Positions 15,501 to 21,500 of a DNA stretch of 32,436 nt are shown here, piece by piece (position 1 is the stretch's first letter; each line of letters starts with the position of its first letter). This DNA comes from Anaerolineae bacterium (GTDB lineage: Bacteria; Chloroflexota; Anaerolineae; Epilineales; Epilineaceae): assembly GCA_029262755.1 (NCBI GenBank), contig JAJCYU010000108.1:1-32436 (forward strand), in the 5' to 3' direction. The notes under the pieces are model-generated. The model was not told where the DNA came from and did no database searches. It worked only from the letters and a program-made list of their open reading frames with translations. Made by a program: the position numbers and the translations under genes.

Positions 15501-18087
15501 TGTATACGTCGTCGACTGGCTGCCGGAGGATGTCGTGGTCGTGGATCCGGCGCGCGTCGACGTGGCGGTCGGCGCAGGCGCGGTCATTCAGGTGCGCGAC
15601 GACGGACGCGTGACGCTGCGGATGGGCTTTGATCCCAATAACGAAGGCAATCCGGAGCTCGGACGTGTGAACGTCGCTTCGGTCATCACTGCAAGCATCA
15701 CCGCGATGGTCCGGCTGGACGCCGACTGCGGCGAGACCGGCAACAACCGGGCTTTCGTCGAGACACGCCGCAACGACCTCGACTGGCCGCCGGTGGTGGT
15801 CGGGCCGCCGCAGTTCGCGCCGTTGGCGCCACCGCGCACGCCGCGCACGCCGACGATTGATCCGGACCTGACCAACAACACGACACGCGAAACGACGACG
15901 GTGGAATGTCCCGCTGTGAAGGTCAACAAGACCGTGTCCTTTGACGGCACGTGTCCGGGCAGAGACTTCACCGTGGTCAACGAGACCGCACAGCCGGTGA
16001 CCTTCTGCTACGAGATCACCAACAACGGCACGACCTATCTGGACACCGTACGCATCACGGATACGCTGCGCCTACGCAGCGAGCCGTGGCCGACCGTGAT
16101 CTTCACCGACACGATCACGTTCGGGGTTGACGAGAAGGTGCCGCTCGCGCCGGGCGAGGTCGTGACACGCTCGGTGAGCGTTCCGCACGTCACGCGCGAG
16201 TGCGGCAACGTCTTCAACGACGTCGAGGTCACGGCCAACCCGGTGAACTCGGGTCGCACGGACCTGCCCTGCCTTGACGACGTGCGCGACACGGATACCG
16301 CGCGCATCGAGGTGCCGTGTCTGGGCGTCGACTTCCGGCTCCAACTTCCGATCCTAAACACCGACGAGTGCACGACCTGGATTCAAGTGCAGAACGTCGG
16401 CGACAACCCCACGATCCCGATGCTCGTCATCTGGGGCGAGGCCGGCGCGTGTCCGCCGCAAGCGGCCGGTCCTTTGAAGGCCGAGTGTGGCGGCTTGCTG
16501 CGACCGGGCAGCGCCTGGAGCTTTGCTTTCGATCAGGTGCCCGCCGGTTCCAACAGCGCAGTGGTCTACTCGCTCTCCGCCGAACCGGTGGAGGACGAGC
16601 CGGGGCAGCCCGTGCCCTTCGGCCTGATCCTGTGCGACGAGGTCTTCCTCAACGTGATCGGCGACGATCTGGACTGGTTGATCTTCGACACAGCCTACCG
16701 TCAGCGCGGCAGCTACAACGGCCGTAGCTTCGCGGAGTATCAGGGCGAGCCGCTGGCCGTCACGGTCAACCGCGGTTGTCCGGACCCTGTCGATCCCAAC
16801 CGCACGGTGCACGCGGCCTACTCGGGCATCTCGAGCGACATCGAAGGCGCCTACGATCCGGACTTCGGCGGCTACACCTTCTATGCGCCGATGATCTTCG
16901 CCGGGCGCACCGATCTCAACAGCCGTATCAACATCCACAACTCGGGCGAGCTGTGCACGTCGTTGGAGGTCTGGTTCAAGGACCAAGAGAACTGCCTGCG
17001 ACCGGTCCTCGGCGATGTGCTGTCGGTCTCGCGCGGTGAGACGGTCACCTTCGATCCGAACACCGTAGTGGGCCCGGACTGGCTGGGCTCTGCGTGGATC
17101 CGTTCCACCCAGCCGCTTGGCATCATCGTCGATACGCTCGGCCCCAACCACTTCAGCGCCTACGCCGGCGTGCCGGGCGACGTCTTCGCGCTCGACTTCT
17201 CGCTGGGCGACCAGATCAACTACGCGCCGCTTGTCTACAGCGAGTACCAGGGCTGGGACGCGGCGATTACCGTGCAGAACCTGTCCGGTAGCATGGCCGC
17301 CAAGGTCAAGGTCTACTTCCAGGATCATGCGGGCGGCATCATCACCACCTTGGTCGACTGGATCTGCCCGCGCGGTAGCCAGACCTTCTTCCTGCCGGTC
17401 ATCGATGACCTGCCGGGTGGATGGGTCGGTTCGGCGCGCATCGAGAGCCAGGAATGGTGGAGCCCGGGCCAGCCGCTCGTGGATCCGCCGCGCATCCAAT
17501 CCGTCGTCGTGCTCGACCGCTGGAGTGATCCGGCGCGCACGGAGCGGCGCGAGGCGCTGGCCTACAACGCGCACACGGAGACGATCTACGAGTGGCAGCT
17601 GGGTAGCGGCAAGGGTGGTCTGACCACCGGCTCCGCCGTGTTCTCGCTGCCGATGGTGGCCAAGGGCAACCGCGGCGTGACCACCGAGATTGCGATCACG
17701 AACCTGGTTCCGAAGCCCGGCTTCACCGACTTCGCGATCTTCCTCTACGACCAGAACGGACTGCTGGACTGGGTTTGCGAGAAGCTGGGCGAGAAGCAGG
17801 TCGAGTACATCGACCTCGAGACCTGGGGCTGGGTCAACCCCTCCTTCCTGGGCTCGATGGTGGTTAGCGCCAGCTACTGGGATCACCACGTCTTCGACGA
17901 TGAGGGCAACCACGTCCGCAACCTGGTGGGTCTTGGCGGCATCGCCGTCGAGCGCATCGGGCGCGTACGCGGCTCGGAGGATCTGCCGGGCGACGAGACG
18001 AAGGCCTACGAGAGCTTCCCGCTCTTCGACCACTTCGCTCCGGAACGGCTACCCAACTGCCCAGGCTTGCGACAGCCGACGCCCTAG
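3505..18087 (+). CDS. Giant (4860 aa) secreted adhesin-like protein: signal peptide, NIDO-like domain, ~30 Vgb/NHL-like beta-propeller blades, ~15 DUF11-type repeats, CHRD domain, Cys-rich C-terminal 4-module domain
   Basis: Uninterrupted 14.6-kb ORF with a good SD. Signal peptide: RRVLR-AAGLALLFAAALGSG-VARA. NIDO-like motif: FGAILPYWDDL...FIVQWEQV. Propeller blades: repeated (G/D)xxFGPDGNLYVSS. DUF11 units: ADLxxxK...NxGP...DxLP...DPxxxNN. CHRD motifs: LAGANEVPP, GAHLH, FYVNVHT...GEVRGQ. Confidence 0.93.
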   Translation: MTTPKRLPALRPTRRRERLPGPGDGRAADRTLRLTVPRRVLRAAGLALLFAAALGSGVARAGRSPSETASPDLAPTMLMGGGSPAEGYYTFIDSNEPPNPPGVIPPEFDFDDIHFTGTPLGLTDDSCSLVPMDGEFGADDDEPPFVFTYHDIDHQQIFVCSNGLLSFGAPFTSFANACPPTATTPFGAILPYWDDLNPSTFGEVYWEVKGDFPMRTFIVQWEQVSRFAVSADTVIVQAKLFERSGDIIFEYFNVESGAPDPLAFKPGGELMVGSTAGHKVQRWSGGTFVGNHVRSRQTGLMNPGGMTVGDGTDGGPGDLDGDTFDDLFVSSFDTNEVIAYRGSTAVPGLLNQGLPISKFIPAGLGGLDGPRGLTYGPGNNLYVASFNTNQVLRYDGATGAFLGVFVAAGNGLSGPDDIVFGPDGNLYVSSHGSDRVLRYTAGGVFLDTFVAAGSGGLDGPRGLAFGHDGNLYVSSENTDEVLRYYGVSGAFAGDAVAAGMNGLDAPRGLRFGADGNGDGFADLYVSGFASDQVHRFDVGLQPTWSGAGLSDPRGMTLGPTGDILVANFGGNNILRFDQATGFFAGTLVPGGSAGLTGPTDIAVIGTDIYVTSSSNEVLRFNGTTGAPVGTGKFVWNPFPPFPDETGGLVGPRGIEVGPTGDLFVTTSTNVVKRYQGPSGGSPGSYLGDFITGLSSPVGILLRGGNFLIADRGTASVRSFSATTGAPAAGGVAPFTGGLDDPEHMLVDPASSALLVTDSATDAILAFDATGALLGDFILAGEGFLTEPSGIAVGASGWVLAASASISTMHQWRPLVVGPLGTGGDGSRGASASIGLDGPDAPNAGLGYVCNPGNTGYAPSVDAGLAVRFDAPPPPGADLEVLYKSTDMECYNEGDPITFEIKVTNNGRYNATGVTVEDQVPPEIIVTGSSATKGSYDSGTGIWTIGDLARDEMATLQIFGTIGPDTAADHGRFREEFVVDDEVPTGRLRKPIDAVIGPDGAMYVSSYDTDQILRYNRTTGAFIDIFVEDNPNTTVSESGGLNGPMGMEWGPDGLLYVTSFVNNVVLRYDGTGAFAGTFVDETSIPFPNGMKGPKDLTFGPGGELFISSSTNSQVRRYNGTTGVFEAIVAASNGDPAMPFPGSTLTLPNGLVFGRDLNGDTFDDLWVSSEGTSEVLVFSGNPAFPALLQAFVLGADGGLAGGSHITFGPEGDLYVSSAGGGAVLRYDGGDGGFHYAFVPPARGGLDSPQGLLFNDGRLLVVSAGTNQVLSYETTPSGDLVDTVATGLPALRAVRESDDRSLLYAGFRNPTNSTELIVRRYQNTDGGFVDDFIELDFIINTIIEVYDIALVRVDDDTERLYVAVRFGSGDNAILKFGGPTDMDDPGMFIGFTASSPFEVYTGLDVGPDNNLYVSVVSPFTSRVHRYTSDGASMGSFAAGSGLAQPWGLDFGEDGHLYVADSANDRVMQIDGASGGILNPNFIPSGSGGLDAPRGVRMGDDRQLYVASGNNDRVLRYDGMTGAYLPPTFASSGMDSPDKLAIAPNGDIYVASADNDRILRYDIGASFNQVLSQVSVDGLNCGRYLIFGPDDNLYVSSHHDDVVKRYDGTTGAFIDVFASHPLLDGPEDLIFGPDGNLYVASFFNNRVLKFNGSTGAFIQQVVPGPFAFIAEKQLDGPVGLAFGPEDDDLYVTNHTGNTITRYLGPGFGFLEGAPYTAPFVEVGGSPSLVAPRDFVFGPDLNGDVIGELFVSTPGGVMAFDGELGTYVSIFAQGNGLSGADGLQFGPDGNLYVVSRGTSNVLAFTPQAPPNGVGLFAGEFVEFDPNDEESDQLSDPYGLVFGPDGDLYVANCKGHNVLRYDGFIPNYAEISGQSVPAVSPSDPRSVNNIASTGVVVKGADLTITKTIDNRTPYEGDTVVYTIKAINLGPEPVTMASVDEVMDPGITIVDFSTDRGTYTPTSGTMGTWDIGALGVFTPSTQIGDMATLILTGTVDAGAAAVVDVITNTVTIMAPDQGDPDDDNNIDQEPAFLTFADLELTKTATPSQIREGEQVTFELTITNLGRNTAENVVVTDFLPGGLAFAGADPAAEYNPLLGRWTIGTLAYDEGTMTGDTRTLLITGTAVAGTGGMTLTNIATVTGTNLPDPFDENNPPNNNEATADVGILGADLQMLKTASPGPYVEGELITFTLTVNNLGPETAEAVRVVDRLPTGLAYVADDGGGAYDGSTGVWTVGDMLNGASESLVIFARLLPGFGGRTLVNRATATSTTGDIDRTNNTARVSIAAPSVDLHVTVIARPGPFPGPFQDPPRGPGSSSDGGILPSLDATPVLAVPATSEGIAPASEALAGVPGDASRTLPFTLGADGVAPLVLSASPAQIVAPPPPAFPFAGPAVAGHALFYEVRVLNEGSGIATNVVLTASLAVDVRYIADDNVPACVEAPTGMLTCQLGDIGPGQTRILVIQTEVSPDAFITRALAADELVLPFSARAVSDEPDTDSPDNLARQRTLLTELADLAVAKVSKPDDQVRAGEVFSYTIRVENLGPSSAHDVVVTDTILSDGVFQLVGPVTNSQDPARNDVCRLVPAPAPQSGQLIECRLQDRLEPVGSGLGSGRWTMQIEVTAAETQDINNSVRVVSADGGIHEAGTPDPDLRNNEARDRISVLDTADLGLTKTAVGGVHDPAACGVVTVTPNQVTAGDRVTYTLTATNIAPAPGAPGGSTATQVVIEDALPAGVEVVSVAAVGPNGAGGCSPGQPGNPASPPRCVIDELAVGEAATMTVVVTVDPDFVGSSDANRLHNGAGTWSDEIDPNRANNIAQATVVVGEVADLMAMKTSTPGAAAAGEALTFEVTVANNGPSAARNVIVRDQLPSEVTFVSARIEQLRGRESCTYSSGAHEVVCSLLDVPAGEPPMGQRRIFIDVTIRPDAGAGTATNTVTVLSEQTPDCNPDNNTDISAVSLVGELADLVIRKDSEPTKVFAGEQKRYHIEVDNRGPSDAQDVVVYDVLPDETVYEIDTNDPMCTQPSNLLAFRALLAGANEVPPVATEAMGLATFVLDTDTNRLTYAVQVTDINAITGAHLHQAPAGANGPVVAFLFDGTPPDFEPASPIVGEIDLDPALAAAIEADPAGFYVNVHTAANPAGEVRGQMAATINAPLRCVLGRMAAGSNRMFDIWALVRPETFSGTTITNVAIVTSPTEQVRPLTPTAQAPGVPGIYVMGSSNVDASKNLVLTEADLKVVKFGKNDGQVRAGEVLTYTVIIDNLGPSWAEEVSLKDVLQAGETFDLIDITSSRDAVCSTLANGITTTNQIAGTLWPPTLAPPPPFGVIAPTGVEGILQRLETDCTLTEGDDPATPDVNEAQLAVLTADGPPNSGRWILTMRVRARQAQDIDNVADVVSGIAEEPNLANNHAEVEHELTDVADLSVAKTATGEVQIDGQPGLIYDTTAPAPAFPQAPNYAASPDEVTAGRRIRYLLEIFNAGPSDAENTLVTDRLPPGVTLVPGSVIVTVDGRGVLPAGACQTGTPGDPLDRLTCGLGTLLGVEVGRDPAVRRAATIQFDVLVDPATPPNAVLENDADVTSDVFDPDNRNNHAFAQTAVTTRADMAAVKSAVGENVTGYSIALQQFIVEDLADQVTAGMLLRYEVTVQNAGPSDARNVQVLDVLPPTSQVQYLRTVGAHCRPDDVQANVLVCELGDMPAGARRTFEIFVRVDPAVPDGTVLVNGVQVLEGSSSPPFPPPPLFPPAAAFPPVLPITADPFAPDNFAVQNTVVNAVADVGGPGGGVGGGAVGGDDFIAKRDVPARPDLDMAFEPDRALAGNEHRYRIAFGNAGPSVATNVVITDTLDFKQAGIAGETFVRCEPLDPDDQVTCSYDPVANIVTVEEFLDHNEPIITGGSGTLPPGLGFDFYLITLVDSGYVLDAADVAPAGPFNSESGAVARNTVFIQTATTDFRQTNNRDTERTLIVAEADLAIGKTDLVGNFLTCDPVMRGGMITYTLTITNTGPSDAADVYVVDWLPEDVVVVDPARVDVAVGAGAVIQVRDDGRVTLRMGFDPNNEGNPELGRVNVASVITASITAMVRLDADCGETGNNRAFVETRRNDLDWPPVVVGPPQFAPLAPPRTPRTPTIDPDLTNNTTRETTTVECPAVKVNKTVSFDGTCPGRDFTVVNETAQPVTFCYEITNNGTTYLDTVRITDTLRLRSEPWPTVIFTDTITFGVDEKVPLAPGEVVTRSVSVPHVTRECGNVFNDVEVTANPVNSGRTDLPCLDDVRDTDTARIEVPCLGVDFRLQLPILNTDECTTWIQVQNVGDNPTIPMLVIWGEAGACPPQAAGPLKAECGGLLRPGSAWSFAFDQVPAGSNSAVVYSLSAEPVEDEPGQPVPFGLILCDEVFLNVIGDDLDWLIFDTAYRQRGSYNGRSFAEYQGEPLAVTVNRGCPDPVDPNRTVHAAYSGISSDIEGAYDPDFGGYTFYAPMIFAGRTDLNSRINIHNSGELCTSLEVWFKDQENCLRPVLGDVLSVSRGETVTFDPNTVVGPDWLGSAWIRSTQPLGIIVDTLGPNHFSAYAGVPGDVFALDFSLGDQINYAPLVYSEYQGWDAAITVQNLSGSMAAKVKVYFQDHAGGIITTLVDWICPRGSQTFFLPVIDDLPGGWVGSARIESQEWWSPGQPLVDPPRIQSVVVLDRWSDPARTERREALAYNAHTETIYEWQLGSGKGGLTTGSAVFSLPMVAKGNRGVTTEIAITNLVPKPGFTDFAIFLYDQNGLLDWVCEKLGEKQVEYIDLETWGWVNPSFLGSMVVSASYWDHHVFDDEGNHVRNLVGLGGIAVERIGRVRGSEDLPGDETKAYESFPLFDHFAPERLPNCPGLRQPTP
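4276..5970 (+). repeat. 12 Vgb/NHL-like propeller blades (probably two 6-bladed propellers) within the giant protein
   Basis: Twelve ~45-aa units counted by eye, e.g. GLTYGPGNNLYVAS, DIVFGPDGNLYVSS, GLAFGHDGNLYVSS, GMTLGPTGDILVAN, GIEVGPTGDLFVTT. Confidence 0.75.
6406..9078 (+). repeat. 18 Vgb/NHL-like propeller blades (probably three 6-bladed propellers) within the giant protein
   Basis: Eighteen units counted by eye, from DAVIGPDGAMYVSS to GLVFGPDGDLYVAN. Cys at 8233 (blade 13) and 9043 (blade 18) fit ring closure of a 6-bladed propeller. Confidence 0.75.
9184..16320 (+). repeat. Tandem DUF11-type Ig-like repeats (stalk)
   Basis: Units start at 9184, 9589, 9988, 10351, 11023, 11482, 11962, 12373, 13180, 13738, 14281, 14797, 15376 and ~15910. 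A further split unit starts at 6130. Most have ADLxxxK, YxxxVxNxGPSxAxxVxxxDxLP and a terminal DPxxxNN. Confidence 0.85.
12571..12924 (+). other. CHRD domain inside the giant protein
   Basis: FRALLAGANEVPPV...G.A...LTY...ITGAHLH.APAG.NGPVV..L...FYVNVHT.ANP.GEVRGQ matches the CHRD consensus as I know it. Confidence 0.88.
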
Positions 18088-18169
18088 CAGGCGTCCCGCC
18101 GGGTGCGCGCTCGCCGAGTGTGGGCGGCATGGTGGTTGCGACGGTGACGTCTGCGAACGGACGTGAAGG

Positions 18170-18201
18170 GGCGGGGAGGATCCGTACGGATCCTCCCCGC
18201 C
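18170..18201 (+). terminator. Perfect 32-bp palindrome, probable intrinsic (possibly bidirectional) terminator between convergent genes
   Basis: GGCGGGGAGGATCCGT|ACGGATCCTCCCCGCC is its own reverse complement. It lies ~80 nt after the giant's stop and is followed by TTT on the plus strand (short U tract). Confidence 0.65.
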
Positions 18202-18526
18202 TTTGCGTCGGTGGAACTCGAGCGGCTACGGGTCGCATCGGCCGGCGGTCCTGCGCTGGGCCATGGTCATGAGGCCAGGCGAAACGAGAGTCGCGGGCGC
18301 CTGCGAACGGTGCCGGTGATCCCGGCCGGCGGTCTCCGTCCGTCTTAGCACCATCGTGATCCGGCACGCGCGCCGGGCGGCCTCCGGGCGATCGTCCCGC
18401 AGACCGGCACGCGCGCGTTGCAAGCGCACGTGCGATAGCGGCGACGCGGTTGCGACCCGTGCGACCCCTGCCGACCCCTGCGAGCAACCGCGCACCGTTA
18501 CGCGGCTACGTATCGCTCGCGTCGGG

Positions 18527-21500
18527 CTACGGCATGCTCTTGTACGTGAACGGGGCGTAGATCCGCACCCGCGTCGACTGTGTCGGCTGCGGTTCCGTTG
18601 TCGGCGTGATGCTGCCCGTGCCCTGGGTGGGCGTCGCGCTTGCGATCGGCCCTGGGGTGTCGCTCGGTCCCGCGTCCGCGGTTGCGGTCGCGCCCGCTGT
18701 GGAAGTGGGCTCCGGGGTGGAGGTTGGTGTGCCGCTGGGCTTCGGCGCCGCCGTGGGGCTTGCCGTTGCCGTCGGTGTCGGGGTGCTGGTCGGCTTTGGA
18801 GCCGCGGTGGGTGTCGGCGTTGCGGTCTCGCCACCCGGCCCGACGGGTGTGACGCTCGGCTTCGGCGGGCTTGTGCGCGTTGGGGTGGCCGTGTCCTTGG
18901 GCGGGCTCGTGGCGGTCCCGGTTGCGCTTGCCTTGGGCCTGGGCGTGCGGGTCTCGGTTGGCGTGGTGCTCGGCGTCGGCGTCGCGGAAACGGCGGGCGA
19001 CGGCGTCGGCGTGGCGGAGGGCGGCGCTGAACGCTCGCTGAAGGTGAGCTCCAACTCGTAGGTCTGCGTGGTGTTCGACGCGCCGGCATAGCCGAACACG
19101 CGCACGCGGTGCGCCCCAAGGTGTGTCACCGTACGCTCCACGCGCTCCGGGTTGAGCCCTTCTGCGTTGGAGAGCGCGATCAGCGTGCCGGCCGGATCGT
19201 AGACATGAAGGTCATAGTCGGCTGGGAGGTCGCGTAGCTCCACCTCGAAGGTCTGACCGGGACGCAGCGCGACCTTGAACCAATCCTGATCGCTGGCATC
19301 GCAGATGTAGCCGACTTGGATCGTGCCGGGCGCGAGGTCCACGGCGTCTCCGAAAATCTCGTTGGGCTCGAACCACTCGTTGCACGCACCGCTGCTGCCG
19401 GGAGGGGCGGTGACCGTGTCGACCTCGAGTACGTAGGGGTTGATAGGATCGGCTGCGCCGGCGTAGCCGTAGACGTGCCACGCGAGCTCTGCGACCGCGC
19501 TCGCGGTGTAGGTGATCGCTTCCGGCGTGTCACCGCCGTTGCGAGAGAAGAGGGTGACGAGGTCGCCATCGGCATAGAGCTCGAGCTCGAGATCGATTCC
19601 CGTCGGCGGTACGAGCTGCGCGACGACCTGCATGCCGGCGCTCACGCTTGTCCGGAACCAATCGACGTCGTTTGCATCGCATAGGAATCCCTGCTGGACG
19701 ATGCCGAGGCCAAGCACCGCCGCTTGTGCGCGGGTCTCGTTGGGCTCGAACGATTCGTTGCATGGTTGGAGCCCGCCGCCGCCGCCCGGCTCGTCCGGAC
19801 GTTCGAACTGGAGCCGGTAGCGCGTCCCGGCATCGAAGGCGCCTTCGTAGCCGGTCACCCGTACGCGGTTCTGGCCCGCAGGGAGGGTGACGGCGATGCT
19901 CTCTTCGGCCGTTCCGCCGAGAGCGGAGCGTCCGCGCTCGCCCGTTGTCTCGTCGTAGACGACCAGATCGTAGTCGGCGGGTAGGCCCTTGAGTCGAATG
20001 ATGAAGCGTGTTTCTGCCGCCAGGTCGAGGCGATACCAGTCCTCGTCGTTTGCGTCACAGATCCAACCGAACACTTCGACCACCCGACCCGCCAGTGCGA
20101 CGGGGCTGGCCGCGGCGAAGGTCTCGTTGGGTTCGTAGGACTCGCCGCAAGGCGAGACGGGCCCCTGGGTGACCGCGATCTGCAACGTATAGGGCTCCGT
20201 CGAGTCGTGCCACGTGCTGAAGCCGAAGACCTGCACGTAGTACGTCCCGGTCTCTTGCGCCTCATGATGGATGGTCTCGTCGGAAACGCCGCCGTTGGCG
20301 GAGAACGCAACGCGGTTGCCGTCCGGTCGGTACAAATCCAGCTCGAAGTCGGCAGGCAGGTCCTCGAGCAGCAGCTCGATGTGTTGCCCCATCTGGACGG
20401 GAATGCCGTACCAGTCGCGATCGCTGGGGTCGCAGATCCACGCGCTGATGCGCTGATCCGCCGTCGCGAAGACATGGGCCGTCTGACGGGTCTCGTTCGG
20501 TTCGTAGCCTTCCGTGCAACCCAGGGTCGGCGGGGCGGACGCTGCGAAGGTGATGCGGTAGTCGTGGGACCGATCGTGGGCGCCGTCGTAGCCGAACACG
20601 CGCACGTACAGCCTGTCGCCGCCGGCGCGCTCCACGCTCACGCTCTCGGCTTCCATGCCCCCTCGCATACTCTGCGCGATGCGGTCGCCGCGGTGGTTGT
20701 AGAGCTCGAGGTCATAGTCCTGCGGAGGTGCGGCCAAGTCGACGCGGATCGACGTACCTGTGGTCGGCACGAAGGTATACCAGTCTTCGTCCTCCGCCGT
20801 GCAGATCTTGGCATCGTAGGCTCGGTACGTTACGGCTTGGGCCTCCGCGCGATCTTCATTCGGTTCGTAGGAGTCCGAGCACGTGGATCCGCCGGTCAGG
20901 GCAAAGATCTCCATGTAGTAGGTGTCCTGGATATGACCACCGCTCGTTGCCTGCGGCGATAGCTGGACGTACCACGTCCCCGCCGCGTCCGTCATGGTAT
21001 CAAAGCGCAGCGGCGCGGTTCCCGTCGAAGACCACGTTCGCCAATACGAGCCGTCGGGCCGCCAGAGCGCGACCTGAAGAGGAACGGGCATCCCTTGGAG
21101 GTCGACACGGATCGTCGCGCCCGAGCCGACTGCAAGGGAGAACCAGTCTACGTCGCTGCGGCCGCCTGACATGGGGCAGATACGGCCTTGAATTCCTTGA
21201 CCGCTTTGGATCGGCGCGGCGATTCCCCGCGTGCCGTTGGGCTCGAAGGCGTCCGTGCAAGGCGGCGCAACGGAGCTCAGGCGGACGTCCAGCGCGTATG
21301 GCCTGGTCTCGTCGGAGTCGTCCGTCTTCGCAAACACATGCACGGTGTAGCGTCCTGCCCGCGTGGTGGTATGACGCATGTCCTCCTCTGCGCCCGGCCC
21401 GTTTTGCACGCTTGCGGCAACGTCAACGCCGTCTGGGTCGTATAGGCGCATATCGATGTCGATCGCATGACCGGTCAAATCGACCTGAATCGTATCGCCT

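Noticed and set aside
18440..18492. CRISPR-like or iteron array
   Set aside because: Units are only 9-10 bp, adjacent and without spacers; no cas or rep gene is present.
18226..19119. Alternative ORFs over the Pro/Thr stalk (18226-19119 -, 18356-19030 +, 18606-19061 +)
   Set aside because: Off-frame or antisense readings of the low-complexity PT linker (VGVGV and Arg-rich patterns).
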